A stretch of DNA of 64,000 nucleotides from Candidatus Krumholzibacteriia bacterium (GTDB lineage Bacteria > Krumholzibacteriota > Krumholzibacteriia > JAJRXK01), in the NCBI GenBank assembly GCA_041484665.1, contig JBGPIA010000005.1:179342-243341 (forward strand), read 5' to 3'. The notes below the pieces were generated by a model. It was not told where the DNA came from and made no database searches. It saw only the letters and a list, made by a program, of their open reading frames with translations. The position numbers and the translations under genes were made by a program. Positions within the stretch are counted from its first letter, which is position 1. Every line of letters starts with the position of its first letter. Below are positions 24,405 to 34,955 of the stretch, one piece after another.

Positions 24405-27002
24405 TCAGCGCACCATGGTCAGCGCGCGCGATTGCGCCGTGCCCCATCCCTCGAGCCGGCACCAGTAGATGCCCGACGCCGCGGGCCGTCCTGCGTCGTC
24501 CAGTCCGTTCCAGACCACGGAGTGCGCGCCGGCCGGCAGGCTCGCGTCCAGCAGCGTGCGCACGAGCCGGCCGCGCAGATCGAAGACCCGCAGCCGCACG
24601 GCGCCACTCGCGTAGAGCGTGAATGGAAGCGTCGTCGCCGGATTGAACGGGTTGGGCACGTTGACCGCCAGCACGAAGGGCGCGTGGCGCGCCGGGGCCG
24701 GCGGCGCGGCGGTCGTTGCCGGCGGCAGGTACACCACGGTCAGGCGCGTGCCCGCCCCGCCGGCGGCGAAGTCGTCCCATCCGTAGAAGCTGCCGGGCTC
24801 CAGCGTCCCTTTGCTCGCGACCAGCCCCAGGAAGTTCCCGGGCGCGTATCCGGGCCGGCTCACGAACGCCTGGACCAAGGGCGAGAGATCGGGGGAGACG
24901 TAGTCGTCGCCGGCCGTCCAGCGCCCCGCTGCGGGCCAGGTCAAGGTCGGCGCGGCGAGCGGATGGTGCCCGATCAGGTCGCCGACGAGGCCGTTGGTGA
25001 AGGGCGCCGCGTCGTCCACGTCGTACAGATGGATCGCCATGCCGCCCGCGTCGCTCGCGCCCTGCAAGGGGCAGGCCCGCACGGTCAGGAAAGCGTGCTG
25101 GATGGTCGCACCTTTCGGGACGTCGAGGGCGAACTCCATGGCGCTGGTCGCCTGGTCGGGATCGTTGCTCGCGATGTCGTACGGCTCCCCCGCGGCGTAT
25201 CCCGAGCTGCGCACCTCCGACCGCGCCGACATCGCGTCGCGGTTGTCGGCGGCGATCGTGTAGGTGCGCGCGACGAGCTGCGGCTGGGCGGGGTCGGGGA
25301 GCACCGCGACGCGCTGCTCGCCGCGCAGTCCCGTCGCGTCGCTCGCCCAGGCGATGATCTCGTACCAGATGACCGCCAGGCTCTCACCATGGGAGCCGGC
25401 GACGAAGCTGCCGCCCTGGCCTGTCATGTCCTGGATCACGGGGTGCACGTGGTTGAGGTGGTGCAGGAGCACGGTCCAGTGCAGCTGACTCGCTGGGATC
25501 GCCCCCTCCTCGAGGTCGCGGGCGGAGCCGGCGAACGCGATGACATGGTCCACGATGAACAGCGAGCTGTCGGCCGGCGTGAGGACGGTCACGTCGGGCG
25601 GCAGGTTTCCCACGGTGATCGTCATGGGCGGTGACGTGTTCGAGCCGCCGCGGCCGTCGGTGACGGTCAACGTGGCTGCGTAGGTGCCGTTGACGGTGTA
25701 CGTGTGCGTGGGGTTCTTGGCGATGGACGGCGACGAGACATCCCCGAAGCTCCACTGGTAGCTCAAGGCGTCGCCATCCACGTCGTAGGAAGCACCGCCG
25801 TTGAAGCTCACCGCCAGAGGCGCGTAGCCGGCCGTGGGGGTGGCCATTGCGACGGCGGTCGGGTTGCGGTTGGCTGTTCCGGTGTAGAAGATCCGCCGCA
25901 TGGCCCCCGGTGCGTAGGTGCAGTAGTAGAGCGCACCGTCGGGACCCAGCTCCAGGTCGACCGGCCCGTACAGCAATCCGGTCGCTGCGGTCTGGATCCA
26001 GGGGTAGGTGACGCTGACCACCTGGTTGTGCGAATCGAGCACGATGCGGCCGAGGTGGCCGCGCGAGTGGTCGAAGAAGAAGAAGTTCCCGGAGTACTCC
26101 GCGGGAAAGTTGCTGCCCTGGTAGAAGACATTGCCCACGATTGCCGCGGAGCCCAGGCTGTGATCGTAGGAGAAGATCGGATCCACGAAGGCCGGGTTGG
26201 GCGCGCTGGCGATGCCTTCGACCACGGGCCAGCCGAAGTTCGCCCCCGGAGGCCCCGTGTCGACCTCTTCCCAGCTGTTGTAGCCCACGTCGCCGATGAA
26301 GGGGATCCCCGTGCCCGGCTGGATGGAGAATCGGAACGGGTTGCGCAGGCCCCACTGGTAGATCTCGGGCCGCACGCCTGCCACGCCCACGAACGGGTTG
26401 TCCGAAGGTATCGTCCCGTCGGGGTTCACCCGCAGCAGCTTGCCCTCCAGTCGCGAGCGATCCTGGGGATACGGTGAGAGCCAGCCGGTGTCGCCCGTCG
26501 AGACGAACAGCCGGCCGTCGGGCGCGAAGCGGACGCAGCCACCGACGTGAAAGCCGTCACCCGCGGGGATCGGGCCCAGCACCACGTGCTCGCTCGCCGG
26601 ATCGATCGTGTCGCCGTTCACGGTAAAGCGCGACAACTGGTTGGCATTGCCGGTCTCGTTGCCCGTGGATGGCGTATACACCAGGTACAGGTACGGTGGG
26701 TTGGGGAACCCAGGCGCGAGCTCCATCCCCAGCAGGCCCTGCTCATCGAAGCGCTCCACGCTCAAGGTCAGCATCGGCGTGGGGAGCAGCTGCCCGTTCT
26801 CGAACACCACCAGGTTGCCGCTCTGCTCGCCCACGAGGATCCGGCCGTCCGGGGTGAAGACGAAGCAGGTCGGGATGGTCAAGCCGTTGATCACCAGCTC
26901 GTCGTTGAAGCCGGGCGGATAGACCTGGCCCGAACCTGGCTGGGGGGAGGCCAGCAGACAGGCGACGGCGACGGCCAAAACGGCTCGGTACGGCGGGCGC
27001 AC
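24405..27002 (-). CDS. glucose/sorbosone dehydrogenase-family beta-propeller + PKD + FlgD-like C-terminal domain
   Basis: Signal peptide; EQGLLG, GKLLRVNPDGTIPSDNPF, GLRNPFRFS, GANFGWP; PKD SYQWSFGD..NPTHTY; PNPFNP..SGIYWCRL. Confidence 0.85.
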   Translation of the reverse strand: MRPPYRAVLAVAVACLLASPQPGSGQVYPPGFNDELVINGLTIPTCFVFTPDGRILVGEQSGNLVVFENGQLLPTPMLTLSVERFDEQGLLGMELAPGFPNPPYLYLVYTPSTGNETGNANQLSRFTVNGDTIDPASEHVVLGPIPAGDGFHVGGCVRFAPDGRLFVSTGDTGWLSPYPQDRSRLEGKLLRVNPDGTIPSDNPFVGVAGVRPEIYQWGLRNPFRFSIQPGTGIPFIGDVGYNSWEEVDTGPPGANFGWPVVEGIASAPNPAFVDPIFSYDHSLGSAAIVGNVFYQGSNFPAEYSGNFFFFDHSRGHLGRIVLDSHNQVVSVTYPWIQTAATGLLYGPVDLELGPDGALYYCTYAPGAMRRIFYTGTANRNPTAVAMATPTAGYAPLAVSFNGGASYDVDGDALSYQWSFGDVSSPSIAKNPTHTYTVNGTYAATLTVTDGRGGSNTSPPMTITVGNLPPDVTVLTPADSSLFIVDHVIAFAGSARDLEEGAIPASQLHWTVLLHHLNHVHPVIQDMTGQGGSFVAGSHGESLAVIWYEIIAWASDATGLRGEQRVAVLPDPAQPQLVARTYTIAADNRDAMSARSEVRSSGYAAGEPYDIASNDPDQATSAMEFALDVPKGATIQHAFLTVRACPLQGASDAGGMAIHLYDVDDAAPFTNGLVGDLIGHHPLAAPTLTWPAAGRWTAGDDYVSPDLSPLVQAFVSRPGYAPGNFLGLVASKGTLEPGSFYGWDDFAAGGAGTRLTVVYLPPATTAAPPAPARHAPFVLAVNVPNPFNPATTLPFTLYASGAVRLRVFDLRGRLVRTLLDASLPAGAHSVVWNGLDDAGRPAASGIYWCRLEGWGTAQSRALTMVR

Positions 27003-27112
27003 GCAGGCTCCGGAGGTCGTGGGGGGACATGTAGGGTGCTGGGGAGAGCGGGGCGCTGGCGCGCGGTCTCCCTGGGCCCAACTGGTTGGGATTATAGCAG
27101 GTCCGCCCTTCC

Positions 27113-27141
27113 TTGACCCTCCCGAAAGGGGGCACTATAGT
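27113..27141 (+). promoter_or_regulatory. sigma70-type promoter of tRNA-Leu/tig
   Basis: TTGACC-N17-TATAGT. Confidence 0.65.
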
Positions 27142-27236
27142 GTGCTGTCCCCGGTGGGGGGTCGCTCCCTGGCCACCGGGATCGCCCGCCGGCAGCGAGA
27201 ATGGGCTGGCCCTGCATGCGGGCGCCTCCCTCTTTC

Positions 27237-27321
27237 GCGAGAGTGGCGGAACTGGTAGACGCGCAGGATTTAGGTTCCTGTAAGGAAACTTGTGGGGGTT
27301 CGAGTCCCCCCTCTCGCACCA
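27237..27321 (+). tRNA. tRNA-Leu(TAG)
   Basis: GCGAGAG/CTCTCGC acceptor stem, CAGGA-TTTAGGT-TCCTG anticodon arm, long variable arm, GTTCGAGTC T-loop, encoded CCA; usual position before tig. Confidence 0.95.
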
Positions 27322-27412
27322 GGCTTCACCGCGAGGGCGCGTACGGATGAGACAGCGGGCCCGCTGGGGCGGGGCCCGGGTTGCGGGGTTCCGCAGGGAG
27401 GGTTGCGCCACC

Positions 27413-28954
27413 ATGACCGACGTCAGTCCCTTCCGCATCGAGCTCGAGGTTCCCCAGTCCTGGGAGCGGCGAGCACGTGTGGAAGTCTCCGCCGAGCAGA
27501 TGGAGGCGGCGCGCCAGGGCGTGGTCAGCGGGCTGCGCAAGAAGATCACCATGCCCGGCTTCCGCAAGGGCAAGGTGCCGCTCGAGGTGATCCAGCGCGA
27601 CTTCGCCGAGCGCATCGACCAGGAGGCCCTGGAGCAGATCATCCCGGCCGCCTACCGCCAGCTGCTCGCGAGCCACGACCAACTGCGGCCGGTGAGCGAC
27701 CCGCGCGTCGAGAACCTGCACTTGCACGCAGGCGAGCCGGTGCACTTCGACCTGATGGTCGAGGTCCGCCCCGAGATTCAGCTGCAGGGCTACAAGGGGC
27801 TCCAGATCGAGCGGCCGGTCGTCGCGGTCACCGAGCAGCACGTTGACAGCGCGATGGAGCAGCTCGCCGAGCGCAACACGCGCTGGCTCCCCGTCAGCCG
27901 CCAGGCCCGTGCCGGCGACGCCCTGCTGATCAGCTTCGCGCCGCTGCAGGAGGACGGCGCTCCCGACGAGTCCCAGCGCACGAACGACTACGCAATGGAG
28001 CTGGGCGGCGACGGCGTGCTGCCCGAGTTCAGTTCGGCGCTACAGGGCCTGCAGCCCGGCGAGGACACCCGCGTCGACGTCACCTATGCGGCGGACTACC
28101 CGCGCCAGGACCTGGCCGGCAAGAGCATGCGCTTCCACGTGGCGCTCAAGGAGTTGCGCGAGAAGCAGGTTCCGCCACTCGATGACGAGTTCGCCCGGTC
28201 GGTCAGCCCGCACACGACGTTGGGGGAGCTGCGCGCGGAGGTGCGCGCGGAGCTGGAGCGGGCGAGCCGGCACGAGAGCGACCGCCTGGTCCACGAGCTG
28301 ATGATCGATCGCATCCTGGCGGCCAACGATGTCCCCGTGCCGCCCAGCCTCGAGGCACGGTACCTGCAGGCCATCCTGCGCGATTTCGAGCGCAACGCCG
28401 GCCAGCCGCTCGACGACGCCGCGCGCGAGCAGCTCTGGGAGCGCTACCGGCCCGCCGCCCACCGCGCCGTCCAGCGCCTGTTCGTGCTGGAGCAGCTGCG
28501 GCAGGTCGAGGGGCTTGCGGTCGGCGACGAGGAGCTGCAGGAGCGCATTGCGGAGCTGGCCGCGAGCCGGAAAGTCACGCCCGACGAGATGCGCCGCGCA
28601 TTGCAGGGCAGCAACAGCCTGGAGCGCTTGCGCAACGATTTGGTCGAGGACAAGGTGTTCGCGCTGCTCACGGAGAATGCCACGATCACCGTGGTCGAGC
28701 GCACGGCCGCGGAGGTGCCGCTGCGCCAGGCTCCAGACGCCGGAGTGGGCACCGGAGTGGACACCGGATCGGACACCCGATCGAACTCCCGATCGGACAC
28801 CCGCTCGGCCGCCACTGCAGGCGCCGGATCGGCCGTCCGGCCGGCCAGCTCGGCGGATGGCGGCACGGAGGGCGGCCCGGAACGCGAGCGGGGGCTGGAG
28901 GCGGCGGGACCCCTCGATGCCCGGATGCGGGGCGCGGACAGCGCCGCAGCGTAG
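27413..28954 (+). CDS. tig: trigger factor
   Basis: [10 protein letters not shown] ribosome-binding motif, FKBP-like domain, LDDEFA; tig-clpP-clpX-lon synteny. Confidence 0.93.
   Translation: MTDVSPFRIELEVPQSWERRARVEVSAEQMEAARQGVVSGLRKKITMPGFRKGKVPLEVIQRDFAERIDQEALEQIIPAAYRQLLASHDQLRPVSDPRVENLHLHAGEPVHFDLMVEVRPEIQLQGYKGLQIERPVVAVTEQHVDSAMEQLAERNTRWLPVSRQARAGDALLISFAPLQEDGAPDESQRTNDYAMELGGDGVLPEFSSALQGLQPGEDTRVDVTYAADYPRQDLAGKSMRFHVALKELREKQVPPLDDEFARSVSPHTTLGELRAEVRAELERASRHESDRLVHELMIDRILAANDVPVPPSLEARYLQAILRDFERNAGQPLDDAAREQLWERYRPAAHRAVQRLFVLEQLRQVEGLAVGDEELQERIAELAASRKVTPDEMRRALQGSNSLERLRNDLVEDKVFALLTENATITVVERTAAEVPLRQAPDAGVGTGVDTGSDTRSNSRSDTRSAATAGAGSAVRPASSADGGTEGGPERERGLEAAGPLDARMRGADSAAA
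28740..28811 (+). repeat. degenerate 12-bp tandem repeat in the tig C-terminal extension
   Basis: ccggagtgggca ccggagtggaca ccggatcggaca cccgatcgaact cccgatcggaca cccgctcggccg. Confidence 0.7.
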
Positions 28955-29009
28955 GACATCCGATGCGGTGGGGCGGCGCCGGATGCCACCCGCCAAAGGA
29001 GTGACGACG

Positions 29010-29624
29010 ATGCTGGTGCCGATTGTGGTCGAGCAGACGGGGCGCGGCGAGCGTGCCTACGACATCTACAGCCGCCTCCTGAAGGATCGGATCGTCTTCA
29101 TCGGATCGCCGATCGACGACACCGTGAGCAACCTGGTCATCGCCCAGCTCCTCTTCCTCCAGGCGGAGGACTCCGAGCGGGATATCTACTTGTACATCAA
29201 CAGCCCCGGCGGGGTGATCTCGGCAGGCTTGGCGATCTACGACACGATGCAGTACATTTCCAATGACGTTGCGACGATCTGCATGGGTCAGGCGGCCAGC
29301 ATGGCGGCGGTCCTGCTGGCGGCGGGGGCTGTGGGCAAGCGCGCAGCGCTGCCCCATTCCCGCATCATGATCCACCAGCCGATGGGAGGCAGCCACGGGC
29401 AGGCCTCGATGATCGAGATCTACGCGCGCGAGATTCTCTATATGCGCGATAAGCTCAACGAGATCCTCGCCAGCCATACGGGGCAGCCGATCAAGAAGAT
29501 CGCCAAGGACACCGACCGGGACTTCTTCATGTCGGCGACGGAATCGAAGGAGTACGGACTGGTCGACCGGGTGATCGAGAAGCGTCTGGAGCTCAACGGA
29601 GGGGACAAGGGGACGACGAGCTGA
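29010..29624 (+). CDS. clpP: ATP-dependent Clp protease proteolytic subunit
   Basis: [43 protein letters not shown]. Confidence 0.97.
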   Translation: MLVPIVVEQTGRGERAYDIYSRLLKDRIVFIGSPIDDTVSNLVIAQLLFLQAEDSERDIYLYINSPGGVISAGLAIYDTMQYISNDVATICMGQAASMAAVLLAAGAVGKRAALPHSRIMIHQPMGGSHGQASMIEIYAREILYMRDKLNEILASHTGQPIKKIAKDTDRDFFMSATESKEYGLVDRVIEKRLELNGGDKGTTS

Positions 29625-29694
29625 ACGAGAGTGGTCGGCCGCTCGGCGCCTTCGGCGCGCGACGGCAGTGGGGCACCGGACTTCGGCGGGTGTC

Positions 29695-30951
29695 ATGAAG
29701 ACCAAGAAAGGCAGTCCTCAGGTGATCAAGTGCTCGTTCTGCGGACGCGGACAGGACGAGGTGGCGAAGCTCGTCTCCGGCCCGTCGGTCTACATCTGCA
29801 ACGAATGCATCAAGCTGTGCAACGACATCCTCGAGGACGAGTTGCCGGCGATCAGCGCCCTCGAGGCGAAGGACTTCCCCAAGCCCCACGACATCAAGAA
29901 GGCGCTCGACCTCTACGTGGTCGGGCAGGAGCACGCCAAGCGGACCCTGTCGGTTGCGGTCTACAACCACTACAAGCGCATTAACCACCGCCGCGAGGCG
30001 GATGACGTCGAGCTGGACAAGAGCAACATCCTGCTGGTGGGCTCCACCGGCACGGGGAAGACGCTGCTGGCGCAGACGCTCGCCCGCATCCTCAAGGTGC
30101 CCTTCGCCATCGTCGACGCCACCTGCCTCACCGAGGCGGGCTACGTGGGCGAGGACGTGGAGAACATCCTCGTCAAGCTCCTTCAGAACGCCGACTACAA
30201 CCTGGCGGCCGCCGAGCGCGGCATCGTCTACATCGACGAGCTCGACAAGATCGGGCGCAAGAGCGACAACCCGTCCATCACGCGCGACGTGTCCGGCGAG
30301 GGCGTGCAGCAGGCGCTGCTCAAGATGCTCGAGGGCACCGTGGCCAACGTCCCGCCCCAAGGCGGGCGCAAGCACCCGCAGCAGAAGTACCTCGAGGTGG
30401 ACACGCGCGACATCCTCTTCATCTGCGGCGGAGCCTTCGAGGGGCTCGACCGCATCGTGTCCCAGCGCGTCGGCGACAAGATGCTCGGCTTCGAGACCGC
30501 CTCGCGTCGCAAGCCCGTGACGCAGCGGGGCAAGATCCTCCAGGAGGTCGAGCCCGCCGATCTCATGAAATTCGGCCTCATTCCCGAGCTGGTCGGCCGC
30601 CTGCCCGTGGTGGCCGCCCTCGAGGAGCTCGACGAGGGCGCCATGGTGCGCGTCCTGACCGAGCCCAAGAACGCCATCGTGCGCCAGTACCAGAAGCTTT
30701 TCGAGATGGAGGGCGTGGAGCTCGTCATCGACGAGGAGGCGCTGCGCGCGGTGGCCAAGCGCGCGATCCAGCGCAAGACCGGGGCGCGCGGCCTGCGCGC
30801 GATCCTCGAGGACGTGATGCTGGGCTTGATGTACGACATTCCCTCCAATCGGGACGTGCTCCGGGTGGTCGTCACCAAGGAGACGATCGAGGAGAACCTC
30901 GAGCCCGAGATCTTCACGACGGGCGATCAGCTCCGCCTCAAGGAAGCCTGA
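29695..30951 (+). CDS. clpX: ATP-dependent Clp protease ATP-binding subunit
   Basis: CSFC..CNEC zinc finger, [36 protein letters not shown]. Confidence 0.97.
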   Translation: MKTKKGSPQVIKCSFCGRGQDEVAKLVSGPSVYICNECIKLCNDILEDELPAISALEAKDFPKPHDIKKALDLYVVGQEHAKRTLSVAVYNHYKRINHRREADDVELDKSNILLVGSTGTGKTLLAQTLARILKVPFAIVDATCLTEAGYVGEDVENILVKLLQNADYNLAAAERGIVYIDELDKIGRKSDNPSITRDVSGEGVQQALLKMLEGTVANVPPQGGRKHPQQKYLEVDTRDILFICGGAFEGLDRIVSQRVGDKMLGFETASRRKPVTQRGKILQEVEPADLMKFGLIPELVGRLPVVAALEELDEGAMVRVLTEPKNAIVRQYQKLFEMEGVELVIDEEALRAVAKRAIQRKTGARGLRAILEDVMLGLMYDIPSNRDVLRVVVTKETIEENLEPEIFTTGDQLRLKEA

Positions 30952-31179
30952 TCCGCTCCGGCACAACGTGGTGGGTGACAGCCCGGGGAGGCCTGCACGC
31001 CGGCGGCCTCCTCGTCGTGTCTTGAGGAGGGCCGCCGCGGCCGGCGAAGCGCCGGGGCAGGCGCGATGCGGCGCCGGCTGGCCCGGGTCGGCGCAGGCCG
31101 GCACGAGTCGGCGGGGGTCGCCAGGGCCAACACGCGGTTACGCAAGGTTCGGCCGAGACGGGCAAGGGAGGCGGCCAGG

Positions 31180-33696
31180 ATGAGCGACGAGACCGATCGC
31201 ACCCCGCCGGCGCAGAGCCAGGCGGAGCGTCGCGCGAAGCTGCCGCTGCTGCCGCTGCGCGACGTGGTCATCTTTCCCGGCGCGGTCCTGCCGTTGTTGG
31301 TGGGACGGGAGAAGTCGATCCGCGCGCTGAAGGTGGCCTCCGAGGGCGACAAGCTGCTGGTGGTGACCGCCCAGAAGGAGGCGGACGTCGCCGACCCCAC
31401 CGAGGAGGACCTCTACCGCATCGGCACCATCGTGCGCGTGCACCAGATCGCGCGCCTGCCGGACGGCACCACGCGCATCCTGATCGAGGGGCTCGGCCGC
31501 GCCCGCATCCGCCGCTTCTTCGACCGCTCCGAATACCTCGAGGTGCGCGTCGAGGAGCTGGAGACCGCCTTGGCCGAGCAGAGCACCGAGTTCGAGGCGC
31601 TCTCGCGCCAGCTGCTGGACTCCTTCACCGAATACGTGGGGCTCAACCGTCGCCTGACCGATGAGGTGGCGGTCAGCGTGGGCCACATCGAGGACGTCGA
31701 GCGCCGCGTGGACACGATGTGCGCCTACCTGATGGCGCGCGTCAGCAGCAAGCAGCGCCTGCTGGCCGAGACCGACCTGATGCGCCGCATGCGCGAGCTG
31801 GCCCACGTGCTGCACCGCGAGGTGGAGATCCTGCGCGTCGAGCAGCGCATCGAGGGCGAGGTCAAGAAGCAGGTCGAGAAGGGGCAGAAGGAGTTCTACC
31901 TCAACGAGCAGCTGCGGGCCATCCGCAAGGAGCTCGGCTACGGCGCCGACGACGACGACGAGATCGAAGAGCTGGTGCGCAAGATCGAGGACACCGGCAT
32001 GACCGACGAGGCGCGCGACGTCGCCCTCAAGGAGGTGGGGCGCCTGGCGAAGATGGCGCCCATGTCACCCGAGTCCTCGGTCATCCGCAGCTACCTCGAG
32101 GTGCTGCTGGCGCTGCCGTGGAAGGCGCGCACCGACGACCAGCTCGACACGCGCCGCGTCGCCAAGCAGCTCGACCTGGACCACTTCGGCCTGGAGAAGG
32201 TCAAGGAGCGCATCCTGGAGTTCCTGAGCGTGGTGAAGCTCAGCGGACGGCTGCAGGGCTCGATCCTCTGCCTGGTGGGGCCGCCGGGCACCGGCAAGAC
32301 GAGCCTGGGCCGCTCCGTGGCCGAGGCGATGGGGCGCAAGTTCGTGCGCGTCTCCTTGGGCGGGGTGCGCGACGAGGCGGAGATCCGCGGGCACCGGCGC
32401 ACCTACATCGGTAGCCGCCCGGGACGGATCCTGGAGGGGATGCGCAAGGCCGCCACGCGCAATCCGGTGTTCCTGCTGGACGAGATCGACAAGCTGGGGG
32501 CCGATTTCCGCGGCGACCCCAGCGCGGCGCTGCTGGAGGTGCTTGACCCCGAGCAGAACCGCAACTACAGCGACCACTTCCTCGAGATCCCGTTCGATCT
32601 CTCCGAGGTCTTCTTCATCTGCACGGCGAACGTGCTGCACCAGATTCCGTCCGCGCTGGAGGATCGCATGGAGATCATCCGGCTGCCGGGGTATCTCGAT
32701 CACGAGAAGGTGGCCATCGCGCGCGACTTCCTGCAGCCCAAGCTGCTGCGCAACCACGGCCTGGAGCGCGCGCGCTTCTCCATCAGCGACCAGGCCATGC
32801 TGGACGTCATCAACCTCTACACGCGCGAAGCAGGCGTGCGCGACCAGGAGCGGCAGCTGGCCAAGGTCTGCCGCAAGGTCGCGCGCGCAAAGGCCGAGCG
32901 GCGCCGCGTGCCGCGCACGATCCATCGCGGCAACCTGCACCGTTTCCTGGGGCCGCCCAAGTACCTGCACCGCCGCGTCGACCAGGAGCCCGAGGTGGGC
33001 GTCGTCACCGGCCTGGCCTGGACGCCGGTGGGGGGCGAGATCCTCGAGATGGAGGTCGCGATCCTGCCCGGCACCGGCAAGCTGGTACTGACGGGCAATC
33101 TCAAGGAGGTCATGCGCGAGAGCGCGCGCGCGGCGCTGAGCTACGCGCGCAGCATCGTGCCGTCTTCGGCCGAGCGCCTGGCCAAGAGCGACATCCACAT
33201 CCACGTGCCCGAGGGAGCGGTGCCCAAGGACGGCCCCAGCGCAGGCATCGCCATGGCGACGGCGCTGGTGTCGGTGCTGACCGGACGCAAGGTCCGCCGC
33301 GACGTCGCCATGACGGGCGAGATCACGCTGCGCGGGCGCGTGCTCCCCATCGGCGGGCTGCCCGAGAAGGCGGTGGCGGCGCAGCGGGCGGGCTGCACGC
33401 ACATCATCATTCCCAAGGAGAACGACAAGGACTACCAGGAGCTCCCGCGCGACGTGCAGAAGGGCTTGCGCTGGCAGCAGGTCAGCCGCGTGGAGGAAGT
33501 CCTCAAGCTGGCGCTCTTGCCCGAGGATGCGGAGACGCGCATCCCGCCGCAGGAGCTGCTCGAGCCCGCTCGCGAGCTCAAGGAGCACCTCGAGAAGCTG
33601 CCGCTGCTTCCCGAGCGCTCCGATCGCCCTCCGCGCCCCAAGACCGGGCCCCCGGGGCAGGCGCTGGACATTCCGCCCAAGGGCACGCCGCACTGA
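31180..33696 (+). CDS. lon: Lon protease
   Basis: LPLRD, GPPGTGKTS, RGHRRTYIG, LLDEIDK, PKDGPSAG, PIGGLPEK. Confidence 0.97.
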   Translation: MSDETDRTPPAQSQAERRAKLPLLPLRDVVIFPGAVLPLLVGREKSIRALKVASEGDKLLVVTAQKEADVADPTEEDLYRIGTIVRVHQIARLPDGTTRILIEGLGRARIRRFFDRSEYLEVRVEELETALAEQSTEFEALSRQLLDSFTEYVGLNRRLTDEVAVSVGHIEDVERRVDTMCAYLMARVSSKQRLLAETDLMRRMRELAHVLHREVEILRVEQRIEGEVKKQVEKGQKEFYLNEQLRAIRKELGYGADDDDEIEELVRKIEDTGMTDEARDVALKEVGRLAKMAPMSPESSVIRSYLEVLLALPWKARTDDQLDTRRVAKQLDLDHFGLEKVKERILEFLSVVKLSGRLQGSILCLVGPPGTGKTSLGRSVAEAMGRKFVRVSLGGVRDEAEIRGHRRTYIGSRPGRILEGMRKAATRNPVFLLDEIDKLGADFRGDPSAALLEVLDPEQNRNYSDHFLEIPFDLSEVFFICTANVLHQIPSALEDRMEIIRLPGYLDHEKVAIARDFLQPKLLRNHGLERARFSISDQAMLDVINLYTREAGVRDQERQLAKVCRKVARAKAERRRVPRTIHRGNLHRFLGPPKYLHRRVDQEPEVGVVTGLAWTPVGGEILEMEVAILPGTGKLVLTGNLKEVMRESARAALSYARSIVPSSAERLAKSDIHIHVPEGAVPKDGPSAGIAMATALVSVLTGRKVRRDVAMTGEITLRGRVLPIGGLPEKAVAAQRAGCTHIIIPKENDKDYQELPRDVQKGLRWQQVSRVEEVLKLALLPEDAETRIPPQELLEPARELKEHLEKLPLLPERSDRPPRPKTGPPGQALDIPPKGTPH

Positions 33697-34778
33697 TGGC
33701 ATCCCACCAGGTCGAGCTGGTGACGCTCGCCCCGACCCTGCGGGAGTGCCCGGCCGACCCGATTCCCGAGATCGCCTTCAGCGGGCGCTCCAACGTCGGC
33801 AAGTCCTCGCTGCTCAACCTGCTGGTGGGCCGCAAGCGCCTTGCCCACACGAGCGCGGCGCCGGGCAAGACGCAGACCCTGGTCTACTACAAGGTCGACG
33901 AGCGCTGGCACCTGGTGGACATGCCCGGGTACGGCTACGCGCGCGTGCCTACGGAAGTGCGTCGGCGCTGGACCGCCGCCGTCAGCGAGTACCTGCACGG
34001 ACGCGAGCAGCTGGCGGGCCTGATCCAACTGGTGGACATCCGGGTCGGCTTCACTCCGGACGACCGCTCGCGATTGCACGAGCTGGTCGCCCTCGACAAG
34101 CCGTTTTGCCTGGCCATGACGAAGGCCGACAAGGTGCCGCGTGCCCGGCAGGAGGAGATCGTGGCCGGCCATCTGGCCGGGCTGAGCCTGGCACCCGACA
34201 CGGGGGTGATTCTCACCTCGGCCCTGCACCACTACGGGCAGCGAGAGCTTTGGGCGTGGATCGGCCAGGTGCTGGCGGGGCGCATCGGCCGCCCGCTTGT
34301 CCTGTCGCCTGCGCGCACGGAGGCCGTCCAACCGGCAGAGCCCCGCCCAACCCCCGCGAGACAGCCGCACCCAGGGCGCGCGCCGGGCCGCCCGCCTGGC
34401 AAGCGATTCGCGCAGCGAGTCCCGGCGCCGCGGCCGGCGGGCCGAGCCAAGGCCTCCCCAGCCCGGTCGGGCACGCAGCGATCGACCTCCGGCGGCGGCA
34501 AGGCATCGCCCATTCACCCCGGCCCGCAGCGCTTGAGGGCAGCCTACGGCAAGGGCTCCCCGGGACGGTCCGGCCCGCCGCGCTCCAGGACCGCTGACGG
34601 GAGGGGCTCGCCTTCTCGGCCGGGGCCACCGGGCCCCAAGGCAGCGTACGGGAAGGGCTCTCCGGGTCGGCCGGGGCCACGGGGCCCCAAGGCAGCCTAC
34701 GGCAAGGGGTCCCCGGGTCGGTCGGGGCCGCCGCGCAGCGGCCGCGCCCGCAGCAAGGGCTCCAAAAGGTCGCGTTGA
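33696..34778 (+). CDS. engB: ribosome biogenesis GTPase YihA/YsxC with long basic repeat tail
   Basis: GRSNVGKSS, PGKT, DMPGYG, TKADK; overlaps the lon stop. Confidence 0.92.
   Translation: MASHQVELVTLAPTLRECPADPIPEIAFSGRSNVGKSSLLNLLVGRKRLAHTSAAPGKTQTLVYYKVDERWHLVDMPGYGYARVPTEVRRRWTAAVSEYLHGREQLAGLIQLVDIRVGFTPDDRSRLHELVALDKPFCLAMTKADKVPRARQEEIVAGHLAGLSLAPDTGVILTSALHHYGQRELWAWIGQVLAGRIGRPLVLSPARTEAVQPAEPRPTPARQPHPGRAPGRPPGKRFAQRVPAPRPAGRAKASPARSGTQRSTSGGGKASPIHPGPQRLRAAYGKGSPGRSGPPRSRTADGRGSPSRPGPPGPKAAYGKGSPGRPGPRGPKAAYGKGSPGRSGPPRSGRARSKGSKRSR
34539..34742 (+). repeat. four 51-bp (17-aa) tandem repeats in the engB tail
   Basis: AAYGKGSPGRSGPPRSR / TADGRGSPSRPGPPGPK / AAYGKGSPGRPGPRGPK / AAYGKGSPGRSGPPRSG. 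Confidence 0.85.
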
Positions 34779-34803
34779 CACCCCCCGGCCGGCTGCGTAT
34801 ACT
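34775..34803 (+). promoter_or_regulatory. near-consensus sigma70 promoter
   Basis: TTGACA-N17-TATACT overlapping the engB stop codon. Confidence 0.8.
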
Positions 34804-34955
34804 GCAGATACGCATCACACTGGCATGCTTCTAGTTAGCTTGCCGGGGAAGGACTCCCGGGGGGCGCGTATCCGCTGCAGACCGCGCAACGGGCAGGTCG
34901 TGCCCAGGCGGAAGCGGCGGGGAAGAAAGGGCAACGCGTAGGAATCGAGGTTAGC

